Below are positions 1 to 9,534 of a stretch of 64,000 bases of DNA, piece by piece. The notes below the pieces were generated by a model. It did no database searches. It was not told the DNA's origin and was given only the letters and a program-made list of their open reading frames with translations. Both the position numbers and the translations under genes were made by a program. Source of the DNA: a virus; the IMG/VR virus record IMGVR_UViG_3300049846_002130, positions 96,001 to 160,000 of that record; one strand, written 5' to 3'. How positions within the stretch are numbered: the first letter of the stretch is position 1; each line of letters starts with the position of its first letter.

Positions 1-1356
1 ACTGACACTAGCAGGATCCTGCTCAGCTTGTGCTTTATACTTATCTATTGAATTTAGGATACGCTCACGCTGCTGCTCATAAGATTGATTACGTATACGC
101 TCAACATCTGAAATAATTGCAGCTTCACTGATACCTGTTAACTTAGAAAGCTGAAGTACTTGTTTTTCTCTCATCATAGCTACGGGTGTGCTTGCTATTA
201 TTGGAATTATCTTGGCATTGATATCATCAATAGACTTAAGGTTTGTATTTGAACAAATGTAAGTAAACGAGTCTACTACTTTAAGCTCTCCTAGAGCTGG
301 ACCTATCTTCTCATCCTCTAACTTAGAGAGATATTCATCTAAGTCTTTATATGTATTAGTAGAATCTAGAACTATATATATATTAAATCCAACAATCTTT
401 TTAGATTGAATTGTTTTCAATACACGTTCAATGCCTTGTTGACCTGCAGTGTCCCAATCTAGACACAAATATAAATTTCTAATTCCAAGATCTTTTAGTA
501 TATAAAGATGTTGGTCAGTAATTGCTGTGCCAACACAGGCAACGACGTTTGTTTTCCCACCTCTAAGAAGTTGGTTTCTCTCTCCGATTCCCTCGACAAT
601 CCATAATCCGCTCTGTTTTGCACTCTTGCTCGCAAGATCGATACCTAATAAAGATTGGCTTTTATTAAAAATAAGTGATTCGGTAGAGTGCACATATTTT
701 GGCTCTCCATCGTCTAGTCTTCTAGATACAAAGGCTATTGGACGTCTACGGACATCTTTAATAACGGTTGTTACGTAAGACTTGCCGATAAATGGATAGA
801 ACCCGCTAACGTTTTGTTTTCCGATTAGTCCAGTGCGCTCGATAAAATCTAAATCCCAGCCTTTTGTAGCCAGGAATTTAAGTAACTCGTCTGTATTTAC
901 GGAATAACAAGACTCATATTCATTTAGCCATTTTCGCTGTGTAATATAGTTCTTTGCTTCGTTGGCAGGGTGGACAATAAAGGCTTCGATATCTCCCGCT
1001 AACTTATAATATTCAGTCTTTAGCCTTGCTGTTGGAGATGGCTCTCCAATAGAAACACTAATTCCAAGTTGGGCTGCTAGAGCAGGAATAGTTTCTGTTA
1101 TCCACTCTCGCCCTTCTGTTGGTAGGTTCTCAATAATGTGGGCAGCGGAAAATATATCTAAGTTGGCACCACACCCAAAACAATGTGCGGTTTGTAGTTC
1201 TGTCTTAGGATTAATATGCATTGAGGGGCTGCGCTCTTCATGCACAAGACATTTAAATTTCTTTTTCCCTGGTTCTAGTTTGTTGTGAAGTATTAAATAG
1301 TCTTCTAATTTACTTTTTAATAAAGTTACAACATCTTCTAGTTCTGTTAAGTACAA
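1..1356 (-). CDS. dnaG: DNA primase (DnaG-type), 3' end runs off the window
   Basis: Absent from the ORF track. TTG at 1356, frame open to position 1. Translation shows a CHC2 zinc finger (CLVHEERSPSMH...HCFGC) and TOPRIM motifs (IVEG, LCLDWD). Confidence 0.9.
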   Translation of the reverse strand, partial: MYLTELEDVVTLLKSKLEDYLILHNKLEPGKKKFKCLVHEERSPSMHINPKTELQTAHCFGCGANLDIFSAAHIIENLPTEGREWITETIPALAAQLGISVSIGEPSPTARLKTEYYKLAGDIEAFIVHPANEAKNYITQRKWLNEYESCYSVNTDELLKFLATKGWDLDFIERTGLIGKQNVSGFYPFIGKSYVTTVIKDVRRRPIAFVSRRLDDGEPKYVHSTESLIFNKSQSLLGIDLASKSAKQSGLWIVEGIGERNQLLRGGKTNVVACVGTAITDQHLYILKDLGIRNLYLCLDWDTAGQQGIERVLKTIQSKKIVGFNIYIVLDSTNTYKDLDEYLSKLEDEKIGPALGELKVVDSFTYICSNTNLKSIDDINAKIIPIIASTPVAMMREKQVLQLSKLTGISEAAIISDVERIRNQSYEQQRERILNSIDKYKAQAEQDPASVS

Positions 1357-1357
1357 T

Positions 1358-2230
1358 CTATCTCCATTTAGTAATTGGAATCATTAGACTTGGTATTGCT
1401 GTGTAGTTTGTCTGTACTACTTCTAAACAATTAAGTACTGCAAATTGTATTGCGTCACAGATTGTTAAGTAGTCAATTTCTTTTACTTTAGATTGTGTTA
1501 GGTATGTAGCAATTGCTGCAGTAAAACAATCTCCCGCCCCTGTGGCATCTACTACTTTTACTGCAGGTACATGAGTAATTACAACAGTGTTTTGACTTGC
1601 ATCTAGAAGACGTATTGCTTCTGGTCCATTTGTATGGATAGTCCAGTCGAATTTTCTACCGTAATTTTCATCATATTCTTGACCTGTAGCATGCCATATG
1701 GTTGTGTCTGCAATAGCCAAGAGTTTATCGGGTACAGAACGATATCTGGAGTCTACTATGGTAGCAGTTATTTTCTTTTTAGAAATAAGATTAGTCCAGT
1801 GTGGGTTGCTAACTAATCTTTCTAGTGCACCTTTATTGTAATCGGATATAGCCAGAACTACTTCGTCTGTTGGTGAGAATGTCTGAATAGCTGAACAAAG
1901 ATTATTATGGTATTGGTCTATATAAGTTTCCCAATCCGACAGTCTTTCTAGAATTGAGAACTTATAATCCCATGGACTATATCGGATTCTCTTAAGCATC
2001 AAGCTTGCATTTCTAGCATCTGATAAAAACATCTGACTGAGGTAGTCAACATTAAGTGAGTTTTCAAATCCATTGAATCCTTCTAGCTTAGATACATACC
2101 TTAGAGTGGCGGTAGCCCCGCCGTCAAATGACTTAGAATCTACTAGCTCATAATGTTTTTTTAATTCTCTATATTCTTGGTGCATATCAATCAAGAAATC
2201 ACCAAGCACACCTACTACTTTGTTTTGCAT
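1358..2230 (-). CDS. PfkB-family sugar kinase, HldE/RfaE domain I-like
   Basis: VLGDFLID, DGGA, ISDYNKGAL and VDATGAGD match HldE kinase-domain motifs. Confidence 0.75.
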   Translation of the reverse strand: MQNKVVGVLGDFLIDMHQEYRELKKHYELVDSKSFDGGATATLRYVSKLEGFNGFENSLNVDYLSQMFLSDARNASLMLKRIRYSPWDYKFSILERLSDWETYIDQYHNNLCSAIQTFSPTDEVVLAISDYNKGALERLVSNPHWTNLISKKKITATIVDSRYRSVPDKLLAIADTTIWHATGQEYDENYGRKFDWTIHTNGPEAIRLLDASQNTVVITHVPAVKVVDATGAGDCFTAAIATYLTQSKVKEIDYLTICDAIQFAVLNCLEVVQTNYTAIPSLMIPITKWR

Positions 2231-3321
2231 TAAAGCCTCGTTGTTAATCCGTGTGGTTGAGCCTCTATAGCTCCATTAGCTGTAATTTTAATCCATTTTG
2301 TATTTTTATATATTTTTCTAGAGTCTTTAATATTCAAATAGGTGCAGGCTGATCTTAATCCGCCCTCAAACTTTTCAACTATTGATCTTACAGTTGTTCC
2401 ATCCCACATCGTTTCTGGATGTGAAACTCCTTCTGGACATGAGTTAATTTTTGAGTATTGGTCTTGTTGAAACTCAGCAGATGCCTGACCCCTATAAGAT
2501 TTGTAAAGCTTCCCGTCTCTTGGCATCCAGCCAGCAGCCTCTCTTGCCTTAGAAAAAACACTACCAAGCATAGCCCCGTCCGCGCCCAAGGCAAGGTACT
2601 TGACAACATCACCTGGATAACGAATACCACCATCAGCTATTAAGATAATATCCGAGGCAGACGCACTATCTAGAAAGCTTCTAATTTGAAATACAGCATA
2701 GGCATTGGGAACACCAACCCCAGTCATAAGTCTAGTTGTACACCCCGCCCCAGGACCAACTCCTACACGCAGATGTGTTGCACCTGCATTGACACAAGAC
2801 CTTGCTTGCTCGGCAGTACAAATAGAACCTGACATTATGTTCTTGAAGCCAAAGCGCTTCCATTTCTCAATAGCTTTTAATGCTTGGGTTGTAGTTCCGT
2901 TAGCAACATCAATTGCTATCCCAAACTTTTCTAGATCAATATTGGTAACCTTATGAAGGGGTAACGAGAACTTACCATCTAGTCCGGTGGCAAAGAAGAC
3001 TGGCTCTGATGCTGTGCCAATCTCATTAGCTAGTTTTACTGTCTTAATAATTTCTTCTCTAGGTATAAACCTACTAACAACAGGGTTGTGTCCGTACTTT
3101 ATAAGCACAGCTGTCATTGAAGAGCCTGTTACTGTATCCATAGGAGCCGACCACAAGAAATTATGGGTTCTAACATCTTGTCTGCTGTTGACATTACTAG
3201 GAACTGGAATCAAAGTAATATCGTCAACTGTAAATGCTGGTCCACTTGTATATGTTGAAATCATCTGTAAACCTCTGTCGCTCTTTTCTTTAAAATCTTT
3301 AAGCCATTGTCCATATAGCAT
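2230..3321 (-). CDS. IMP dehydrogenase / GMP reductase family protein, no CBS domains
   Basis: SAPMDTVT, IDVANG, GVGPGAGCTT (catalytic Cys), ADGGIRYPGDVVK, MLGS, EGV. Confidence 0.9.
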   Translation of the reverse strand: MLYGQWLKDFKEKSDRGLQMISTYTSGPAFTVDDITLIPVPSNVNSRQDVRTHNFLWSAPMDTVTGSSMTAVLIKYGHNPVVSRFIPREEIIKTVKLANEIGTASEPVFFATGLDGKFSLPLHKVTNIDLEKFGIAIDVANGTTTQALKAIEKWKRFGFKNIMSGSICTAEQARSCVNAGATHLRVGVGPGAGCTTRLMTGVGVPNAYAVFQIRSFLDSASASDIILIADGGIRYPGDVVKYLALGADGAMLGSVFSKAREAAGWMPRDGKLYKSYRGQASAEFQQDQYSKINSCPEGVSHPETMWDGTTVRSIVEKFEGGLRSACTYLNIKDSRKIYKNTKWIKITANGAIEAQPHGLTTRL

Positions 3322-3530
3322 TCGTAGACATAGCCAATTTTAATATGGTCGATCTCATGTCCACTCAAGCCAAGTATTAGTTGTGGGAAGTCCATCAATA
3401 TTTCTGATGCATCTTCTAGGTTTAAATATGGACCAGCAGACAAAATTGAAGCTCCATTCGGAGCTTCAATTTCTAACTTAATTATAAAAAAGGTGTCTAA
3501 AGAATTTGTTTCTTGTTCTCGTCGTAGCAA
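3261..3530 (-). CDS. hypothetical protein
   Basis: ORF track entry; start moved to TTG at 3530, which has GGAG 6 nt upstream. Confidence 0.55.
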   Translation of the reverse strand: MLRREQETNSLDTFFIIKLEIEAPNGASILSAGPYLNLEDASEILMDFPQLILGLSGHEIDHIKIGYVYECYMDNGLKILKKRATEVYR

Positions 3531-4543
3531 ACATTTCTCCACGAACAATTGGCACATCTCCAATCGCCCAGTTCAAGTTCTTTCAATTCCTTTTTGGTTT
3601 TCTTACCACTAGAGGCTAACTCTATGTTTTCTTGCTTACGGTCTTCTATCTTTTCAAAAGCTTCTTTATTAGTTTTTGAAAGCTCACCAGCCTCATTGAG
3701 GCGCTGAATATAATCAGAACTATATTGGAGTTGATAATCTGCAGCAGGAATAACAAATTCATTAAAGGCATTCTGAACATAGGCATATTGATCAAGAATA
3801 TTTTCTATCGTTATTGGGGACCTTTCAATAGCTGTTACTATTGGTGATATACCTTTAAAGTATATTTTATGTTCTGAACCTTCAAGTTTGGTTTCAACTA
3901 AGTACTCGGAGAATACACCGGTATCTCTAGCTCCATAAAATAGTCTTTGCTTAAAGTCTTTAATAGACTTCTTTAGGTGCCATTCATAAAGAGCGGCCTG
4001 CATTAGATTACTATCGCGAGGCTTACCTAACTTACCAGTTTTCTTACTGGTTGTTGAACCCAAGACATCTTTTGCTTGGTGGCCATAAACACTTTTAATT
4101 TCTATACCATTAAGGGTTTCATTATTGGGGTCAATAACAATTAAGTCTAGTTTACCAACAAGATTGACTGATGGAATAATTACTTGTGTTTGGGCCTCAA
4201 TAAAGACACCAGACTCTTTTGCTTGCTCAACAATAAAGTCTTCGAATAGGTTACCAGCTGCCCAAATCCACTGCATATATCTATCTGTCGGGAGCTTACT
4301 AACGTTAAGTTTTTCTACTAGGGATTTATATGCGCTATTCTTTTTAGGATCGTAAGTGTAGTTTGTTATTGCAAATCTAAAGAATGTAGCTCGTCTACAA
4401 GCTCCAGTTACACTTGGTTCATTTAAGACAGAGTTAACAACTGCAGACGCTTCGCTTGGCCACAAGGCTGGGGGACGAATATCTCCTAGTCTTGGCCTTT
4501 CAAAGTGTGAGCTTATATGGCTTGCTAGGCTCCAATTACTCAT
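3497..4543 (-). CDS. Cas4-like / RecB-family PD-(D/E)XK exonuclease
   Basis: GKLDLI...EIKS...QAALY nuclease motifs; one N-terminal Cys (GACRR) plus C-terminal CANCSWRNVC, the Fe-S staple pattern. Confidence 0.75.
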   Translation of the reverse strand: MSNWSLASHISSHFERPRLGDIRPPALWPSEASAVVNSVLNEPSVTGACRRATFFRFAITNYTYDPKKNSAYKSLVEKLNVSKLPTDRYMQWIWAAGNLFEDFIVEQAKESGVFIEAQTQVIIPSVNLVGKLDLIVIDPNNETLNGIEIKSVYGHQAKDVLGSTTSKKTGKLGKPRDSNLMQAALYEWHLKKSIKDFKQRLFYGARDTGVFSEYLVETKLEGSEHKIYFKGISPIVTAIERSPITIENILDQYAYVQNAFNEFVIPAADYQLQYSSDYIQRLNEAGELSKTNKEAFEKIEDRKQENIELASSGKKTKKELKELELGDWRCANCSWRNVCYDENKKQIL

Positions 4544-4832
4544 CTAGTTTTACTTCAGATTCAGCACCAGAAGTCATCTTTTCGAGACTTTCTTTCTTCA
4601 GTCTCTCTACTTCGTCAAGAATCTCTTTCTGGCGACTAGTAGCGTATTCCTCAAACTTATCCAAATCAATTTGGATTAGTGGGTTGCCGCTAGCATCTTT
4701 AGCCATAACAATATGATCTAGCATGAATTCAATAAGCATTGAGGCTGTAAACATTTGCTCACCAAGTCTCTGTAGCTTTAGCTCATGAGCTTGGAGTACC
4801 CGCATTAGGGTTTCATCAATTTCGGGTTTCAT
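4536..4832 (-). CDS. hypothetical protein
   Basis: ORF coupled to its neighbours. Confidence 0.65.
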   Translation of the reverse strand: MKPEIDETLMRVLQAHELKLQRLGEQMFTASMLIEFMLDHIVMAKDASGNPLIQIDLDKFEEYATSRQKEILDEVERLKKESLEKMTSGAESEVKLDE

Positions 4833-5017
4833 TAGTTCTCCTTATAGTAAACAATAGTTTTAATAACACTTGACGAGTATGCAGATGTAACCTGACCAAG
4901 AATATTAATTCTATCTTTATTTTGTTCTAGCCATTTATCCATACGGTAATTTTCGTTACTATTGGGCTTATGATAAAAAGTTTTTGATAGGGTTTCGCTA
5001 GTCATTTTCCACCTCAA
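4832..5017 (-). CDS. hypothetical protein
   Basis: Short ORF coupled to its neighbours. Confidence 0.55.
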   Translation of the reverse strand: MRWKMTSETLSKTFYHKPNSNENYRMDKWLEQNKDRINILGQVTSAYSSSVIKTIVYYKEN

Positions 5018-6107
5018 AATCTAATTTGTTAGCTGGTAGCAGCTGACCACAGTATACAAAGTTTGACCTATTAAAGTCAGTATTACCTTCTTTGTCTTGA
5101 TAAATAACAGCATAGCCATTAATTGAATTGCCATTAATTATTTCTCTTGGCTGCCATGCGTAAGACATATAGTCTGCCATACAACCTTGTTCGATTAGTA
5201 AAAGAGAGTAGGCTATATGTTTACTAACTTTATGAGTATGGCCGCATACGATGGAATCAAAACTTCCTCTAGGAAGTCTTTCTAGAAACTTCTTTGCCCA
5301 GACATCTACTGTGAATCCGGGTTTGGAGCTTCCACGGTTATGAGGATGAACAAAGAGTGTTTTGCCTATTTTAATCCACCAAGACTCATGTTCTTGATAG
5401 TGAACATTTTTAAAGTTTAGTTTTTCGACTAGTTGGCCTTGTCTATTAAGACGCTCACCATTTGCGATTCTAGCAATAAGATCTGTTTCAAAGACAGTGA
5501 GAGCAGCTTGATTTATAGGCGCTTTCTTTAATAAGGAAGAGGTTCTGACATCGTGGTTACCACTAATCAGTATAACCTTAGGAAAGGTTTTTGAACAGTG
5601 CTCTATAAAATCAAATGCAGCCATATATTCTTCTATCGCTGCAATATCTTTATCCTTTTCAAATCTTGATGCTGCATAGCCATCTAAGATATCTCCATTT
5701 AAAACAATGATATCTGCATCTGCATGCTCCTTTAAGGCATGTCTTAGATGATCTTCTCTTGCTAAGGGAAAGTGGATATCAGATAAAGAAAGTATTTTTC
5801 TGCTAGAGGAGTTAACTAAGCCAACATCTGAGAATGAACTTTTATCTCCATGACGTTCTCTAGCTTTTTTTAGCTTGTCCCATGGACTAGCTGAGTTGTT
5901 GGTTGGTAGCTTTTGTTCTTTTCGTTTGTCGATACGTCTTAGTTTTCTTTCAATAGCTTCTGGGCTTCGAAGACTAATATTTGGTTTAGGAGTTGTATTA
6001 AGCTTTTTTTGAAAATAGCTAGCAACTTCTAAATAGCTTAGCCCTTCAGCTATTAGCTCTAATAAGAGCTGCTCTTCTGTATCTGACCACTTATTGGGAT
6101 TCGTCAT
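4998..6107 (-). CDS. calcineurin-like metallophosphoesterase with N-terminal HTH
   Basis: DIH, GDILD, GNHD and GHTH motifs; N-terminal WSDTEEQLL...RSPEAIERK Myb/HTH-like segment. Confidence 0.85.
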   Translation of the reverse strand: MTNPNKWSDTEEQLLLELIAEGLSYLEVASYFQKKLNTTPKPNISLRSPEAIERKLRRIDKRKEQKLPTNNSASPWDKLKKARERHGDKSSFSDVGLVNSSSRKILSLSDIHFPLAREDHLRHALKEHADADIIVLNGDILDGYAASRFEKDKDIAAIEEYMAAFDFIEHCSKTFPKVILISGNHDVRTSSLLKKAPINQAALTVFETDLIARIANGERLNRQGQLVEKLNFKNVHYQEHESWWIKIGKTLFVHPHNRGSSKPGFTVDVWAKKFLERLPRGSFDSIVCGHTHKVSKHIAYSLLLIEQGCMADYMSYAWQPREIINGNSINGYAVIYQDKEGNTDFNRSNFVYCGQLLPANKLDFEVEND

Positions 6108-8538
6108 TAAAATCTCCGTATAGGGAGTATACCTTAAATACTTTAACTTGTTTTGCTATTGGATTGTCATCTTCATCATAGACTTCCTCTGCAGTAGCTA
6201 GGACTCTTGCACTAACAACTTTATATTTATAGTTATCAGCAGTTTTATTGTTGTTGGTTATTGGAAGCTCTGTATTGTCGGTACCATCTGTAATATTTAA
6301 ATAATGCCTAAAGGATCCATCTTTATTCTTATATGTTTTTGTTTTGTCAACAACTCCACAAACTTCATAAGTACCCTTTTCACTAATTTCTTCTAAAGGT
6401 GTGGTATCGGGATACATCAGTCTTGCTGGGTTGTTAATAAAGCATCCGATTATAGCTCCCTGATCAAGCATTTCTTGAAAGCTAATAGTTAGCTTTTTGC
6501 TTCTTATTAGTTCGGGTAAGGTAGGAAGCTCAGGAACAACTAGTGGTTTTTTCTCTCTAATGCCTTTGTAGGTTTCTAGAAAAGATTGTTCTTCATCTGT
6601 AAGATCTCTAGTTTTTGAAAGTTTTTTAAGTCTTTCTAGTTCTAGTTTGATTTCTATTATACTTTTATTTTCTTTTTCTCGTTGTTCATTTTCAACAAGA
6701 CGCTCTTCAATGATCTTTTGGGTTTCTAGATAAAGTTGCAAACTATCGATTGAATCGAGTATTTGTTGTCTTTTATAACCCATTGAATCAAATGTACCAG
6801 CTATAGTTAAACATTCAAGTATCTTTTTGTTTACCTTGGTTTTTGAGATAAACTCCAAAATATCTTTGAACTTATCTTTTCTTTTATTTAATATTTTTGT
6901 AGCTGCTGTAAAGCCTAGACCCTTAATAGCAGTCAGTCCAAAGTAAATACCATTTCCAGCAATCTCAAAGTCAATGCCTGATCTATTGATGTCTGGTGGC
7001 AAGATTCCGACGTTCATTGCTTCAGCTTCTAAAATTATTTTAGAAACCTTGGCACTCCATTTCTTTGCATCACTTGTAGTTTTGCTGCGGACAGACATAA
7101 GGGCAGCAAAGAACTCTATTAAGTAATAGGTCTTTAACCATGCACACTGGTAAGTAATTAGTGCATAAGAGATCGCATGCGACTTATTAAATGCATACTC
7201 AGCATAGCCAAGGATAATATCGTCCCAATAGTGGATAGCATATGCTTCTGTAATCCCAGCTTTTATAAAGCCTTGTATAAATTGGTCTCTGTATGGCTTA
7301 AGGTATTTGACATTTTTCTTTCCCATAGCCCTGCGCACATCGTCAGCTTCTTTTAAACTAAAGCCAGCAATGTTAGACATGATTTGCATCATCTGTTCTT
7401 GGTAACAAAGAACATAATGTGTGTTTTCTAATACGGTAGCTATTTGATCTGGCAATCCAGAAGGTCGACCCTTATATTTGTTTTCTTGATATTGCTCTAC
7501 GAAGCCAGCTTCAAGTGGACCTGGACGGATTAATGCACTCAGGTCTGCAAGCTCTGATAGGTTTTTTGGCTGTAGCTTTTGAACCGATTGTTTCATCAGT
7601 TCACTTGTTTCCATTTGAAAGATTCCAGCTAGTTTGCCACTATTAATTAGTTCATAAACTTTAGGGTCATCTTCTGGCAAAGAGTCTGGGTCTATAGCTA
7701 TACCATGACGCTGTTTAACTAATTTACATGTCTCTTTAATTATAGATAGGTTTTCTATTTTTAAAAAGTCATACTTAATCAAACCCAAGCTAGCTATCTC
7801 ATTCATATCAAACTGAGTGATCCAGCGATCTGTCTCAACTTTTGTATCTGGATCTTTCATCTTTCGAAACCATAATGGAACAACATTACTTACTGGGTTT
7901 TCGCTGATAACGATGCCAGATGCGTGAGAACTATATGACTTAATCATATTCTCTAACTTTTGAGCTACATTATACCAAGGTCTGTACTTGCCTTCCTTTA
8001 ATTCTGGGTGCGCTATATAACCTTTTTTAGAACTTCCATTAATTGTTTCCTCAAGGGTTGCCTCTTTGCCGAAGAGTGTCTTGGGAATCTTTTCAAGGAT
8101 TTCTGATTGAATCTTCATATGCTCTTTAAATTCTCTAGACTCTCTATCTTTGGGTGCGGTGGCCATAAAATATGAGCGTACAGTTGATTTTGGTTTAAAC
8201 TTTTGAAGAGCAATAATGTTAGCTATGTTTTCTCTGCCCCAGTAATCTATAAGCCAGTCAACTATACGCTGGTAATTAAGTGGGTCAAAGTCTACGTCAA
8301 TATCTGGAGCTGCTCCATCAATAGTATCTGCCCTATTTTTTTCAAAACAAAATTCATTTGTTTTGCCAGTAATATATAGTAATATAGAGTTATGAGGATT
8401 TGGTACAGAACTTGGCTTGAGAGCTAAGATTAGTTTAATATCATCTTCAGATATTAGTTCTTCTTCAAATTCAAGGAAGTCTGGATCTACTTCTGCAAGC
8501 CTTGAATCTATATAAAGCTTTTTTAGATTTTCTATCAT
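6091..8538 (-). CDS. dnaE: DNA polymerase III alpha subunit, C-terminal part (palm, fingers, HhH, OB)
   Basis: PDIDVDF, HASGIVIS, GLIKYDFL, GIFQME, RPGPL, YQEQMM, YAFNKSHA, PPDINRS. AAGGA SD before the ATG. Confidence 0.93.
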   Translation of the reverse strand: MIENLKKLYIDSRLAEVDPDFLEFEEELISEDDIKLILALKPSSVPNPHNSILLYITGKTNEFCFEKNRADTIDGAAPDIDVDFDPLNYQRIVDWLIDYWGRENIANIIALQKFKPKSTVRSYFMATAPKDRESREFKEHMKIQSEILEKIPKTLFGKEATLEETINGSSKKGYIAHPELKEGKYRPWYNVAQKLENMIKSYSSHASGIVISENPVSNVVPLWFRKMKDPDTKVETDRWITQFDMNEIASLGLIKYDFLKIENLSIIKETCKLVKQRHGIAIDPDSLPEDDPKVYELINSGKLAGIFQMETSELMKQSVQKLQPKNLSELADLSALIRPGPLEAGFVEQYQENKYKGRPSGLPDQIATVLENTHYVLCYQEQMMQIMSNIAGFSLKEADDVRRAMGKKNVKYLKPYRDQFIQGFIKAGITEAYAIHYWDDIILGYAEYAFNKSHAISYALITYQCAWLKTYYLIEFFAALMSVRSKTTSDAKKWSAKVSKIILEAEAMNVGILPPDINRSGIDFEIAGNGIYFGLTAIKGLGFTAATKILNKRKDKFKDILEFISKTKVNKKILECLTIAGTFDSMGYKRQQILDSIDSLQLYLETQKIIEERLVENEQREKENKSIIEIKLELERLKKLSKTRDLTDEEQSFLETYKGIREKKPLVVPELPTLPELIRSKKLTISFQEMLDQGAIIGCFINNPARLMYPDTTPLEEISEKGTYEVCGVVDKTKTYKNKDGSFRHYLNITDGTDNTELPITNNNKTADNYKYKVVSARVLATAEEVYDEDDNPIAKQVKVFKVYSLYGDFNDESQ

Positions 8539-8558
8539 ATTGTTCCTTGGAGTAAATA

Positions 8559-8966
8559 ATGGCCATTAGTTACAAGAAGTCTAGCAAGAATGTTCCTCGG
8601 GGACAAAGAGTTGCTCATGTTACAAATATTGGTGCTAGTGACTCAGTAGACATTGTTGAGATTTTAGGGTTTCCAGCTAGGGTCGTAAAAATAGTTACGC
8701 CTGATTCTGGAGATATTTTAGAAATAAAGATTAACAATCGCTATACTTTAGCAGATGTTTATAACATGCCAGCTCATGGAGAACATGGTAGTGTAGATCC
8801 CAGGTCAGCAGTTAGAGTTGTGTCTGAGGGGGCGCAGCATCCAACACATACGCTTACAGGCTCTACTGTGTATTACTCAGAGGATGGATTAGAGATTGCT
8901 TGGCTAGAGCTATCAGATATGACTCCCGCTACAGCGACAGATGTTATTGAGTTAATGGCCTGGTAA
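8559..8966 (+). CDS. hypothetical protein, possibly virion-associated
   Basis: Plus-strand ORF with GGAG SD; beta-rich; no recognised motif. Confidence 0.65.
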   Translation: MAISYKKSSKNVPRGQRVAHVTNIGASDSVDIVEILGFPARVVKIVTPDSGDILEIKINNRYTLADVYNMPAHGEHGSVDPRSAVRVVSEGAQHPTHTLTGSTVYYSEDGLEIAWLELSDMTPATATDVIELMAW

Positions 8967-8970
8967 TGCT

Positions 8971-9534
8971 ATGAACACTGGGCTTAGATGGTTTTCAAAA
9001 GCACTTTTTTCATATAAAGGTTGTGTTAATATTTGGAAGCCTGGTCTATTCTTTTATATAGTAATTTCTTTAGCTATATTACTTTTGGAGCGGAATACTG
9101 TTTACATTGGTGATGTAATCCGAAACAGACAGATTGATCACATACAAACTGTTGCTGTTCTGGATACTGTTTTAGAAGTACCCACAAGAGAGGCAATCGA
9201 GTGGACCTCTGAGCGAGGTTGCTACTTTAAATACGTTGATGATCCTAATATAGCTGAGATCTTTATTCGGCTAGAGGATGAAATTAACTGTGGTGGACTT
9301 TACTCAGCTGGATGCGCTTCTGTTGGTAAAGCAATTAAGGAAATTAGAGTTACAATGCCAGAAGAAATTATTCTTGCTCATGAATTACTTCATGAGCATA
9401 ATCTGACTCATCCTCTAAACCCGCCTAATAAACATATATTAAGTCCTACTTTTGAACATCTAAGCTACAATGATCGTGGAGTTCGGCAGGCGTGTGCTCG
9501 GACTCGAGCCTATCCAATTCCTGTTGCGCAATAG
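8971..9534 (+). CDS. zincin/matrixin-like metallopeptidase with N-terminal hydrophobic anchor
   Basis: [11 protein letters not shown] (HExxHxxxxxH) and a hydrophobic stretch at residues 23-39. Confidence 0.65.
   Translation: MNTGLRWFSKALFSYKGCVNIWKPGLFFYIVISLAILLLERNTVYIGDVIRNRQIDHIQTVAVLDTVLEVPTREAIEWTSERGCYFKYVDDPNIAEIFIRLEDEINCGGLYSAGCASVGKAIKEIRVTMPEEIILAHELLHEHNLTHPLNPPNKHILSPTFEHLSYNDRGVRQACARTRAYPIPVAQ

Noticed and set aside
3497-4543. CRISPR-Cas locus
   Set aside because: No repeat-spacer array or other cas gene seen anywhere in the window.
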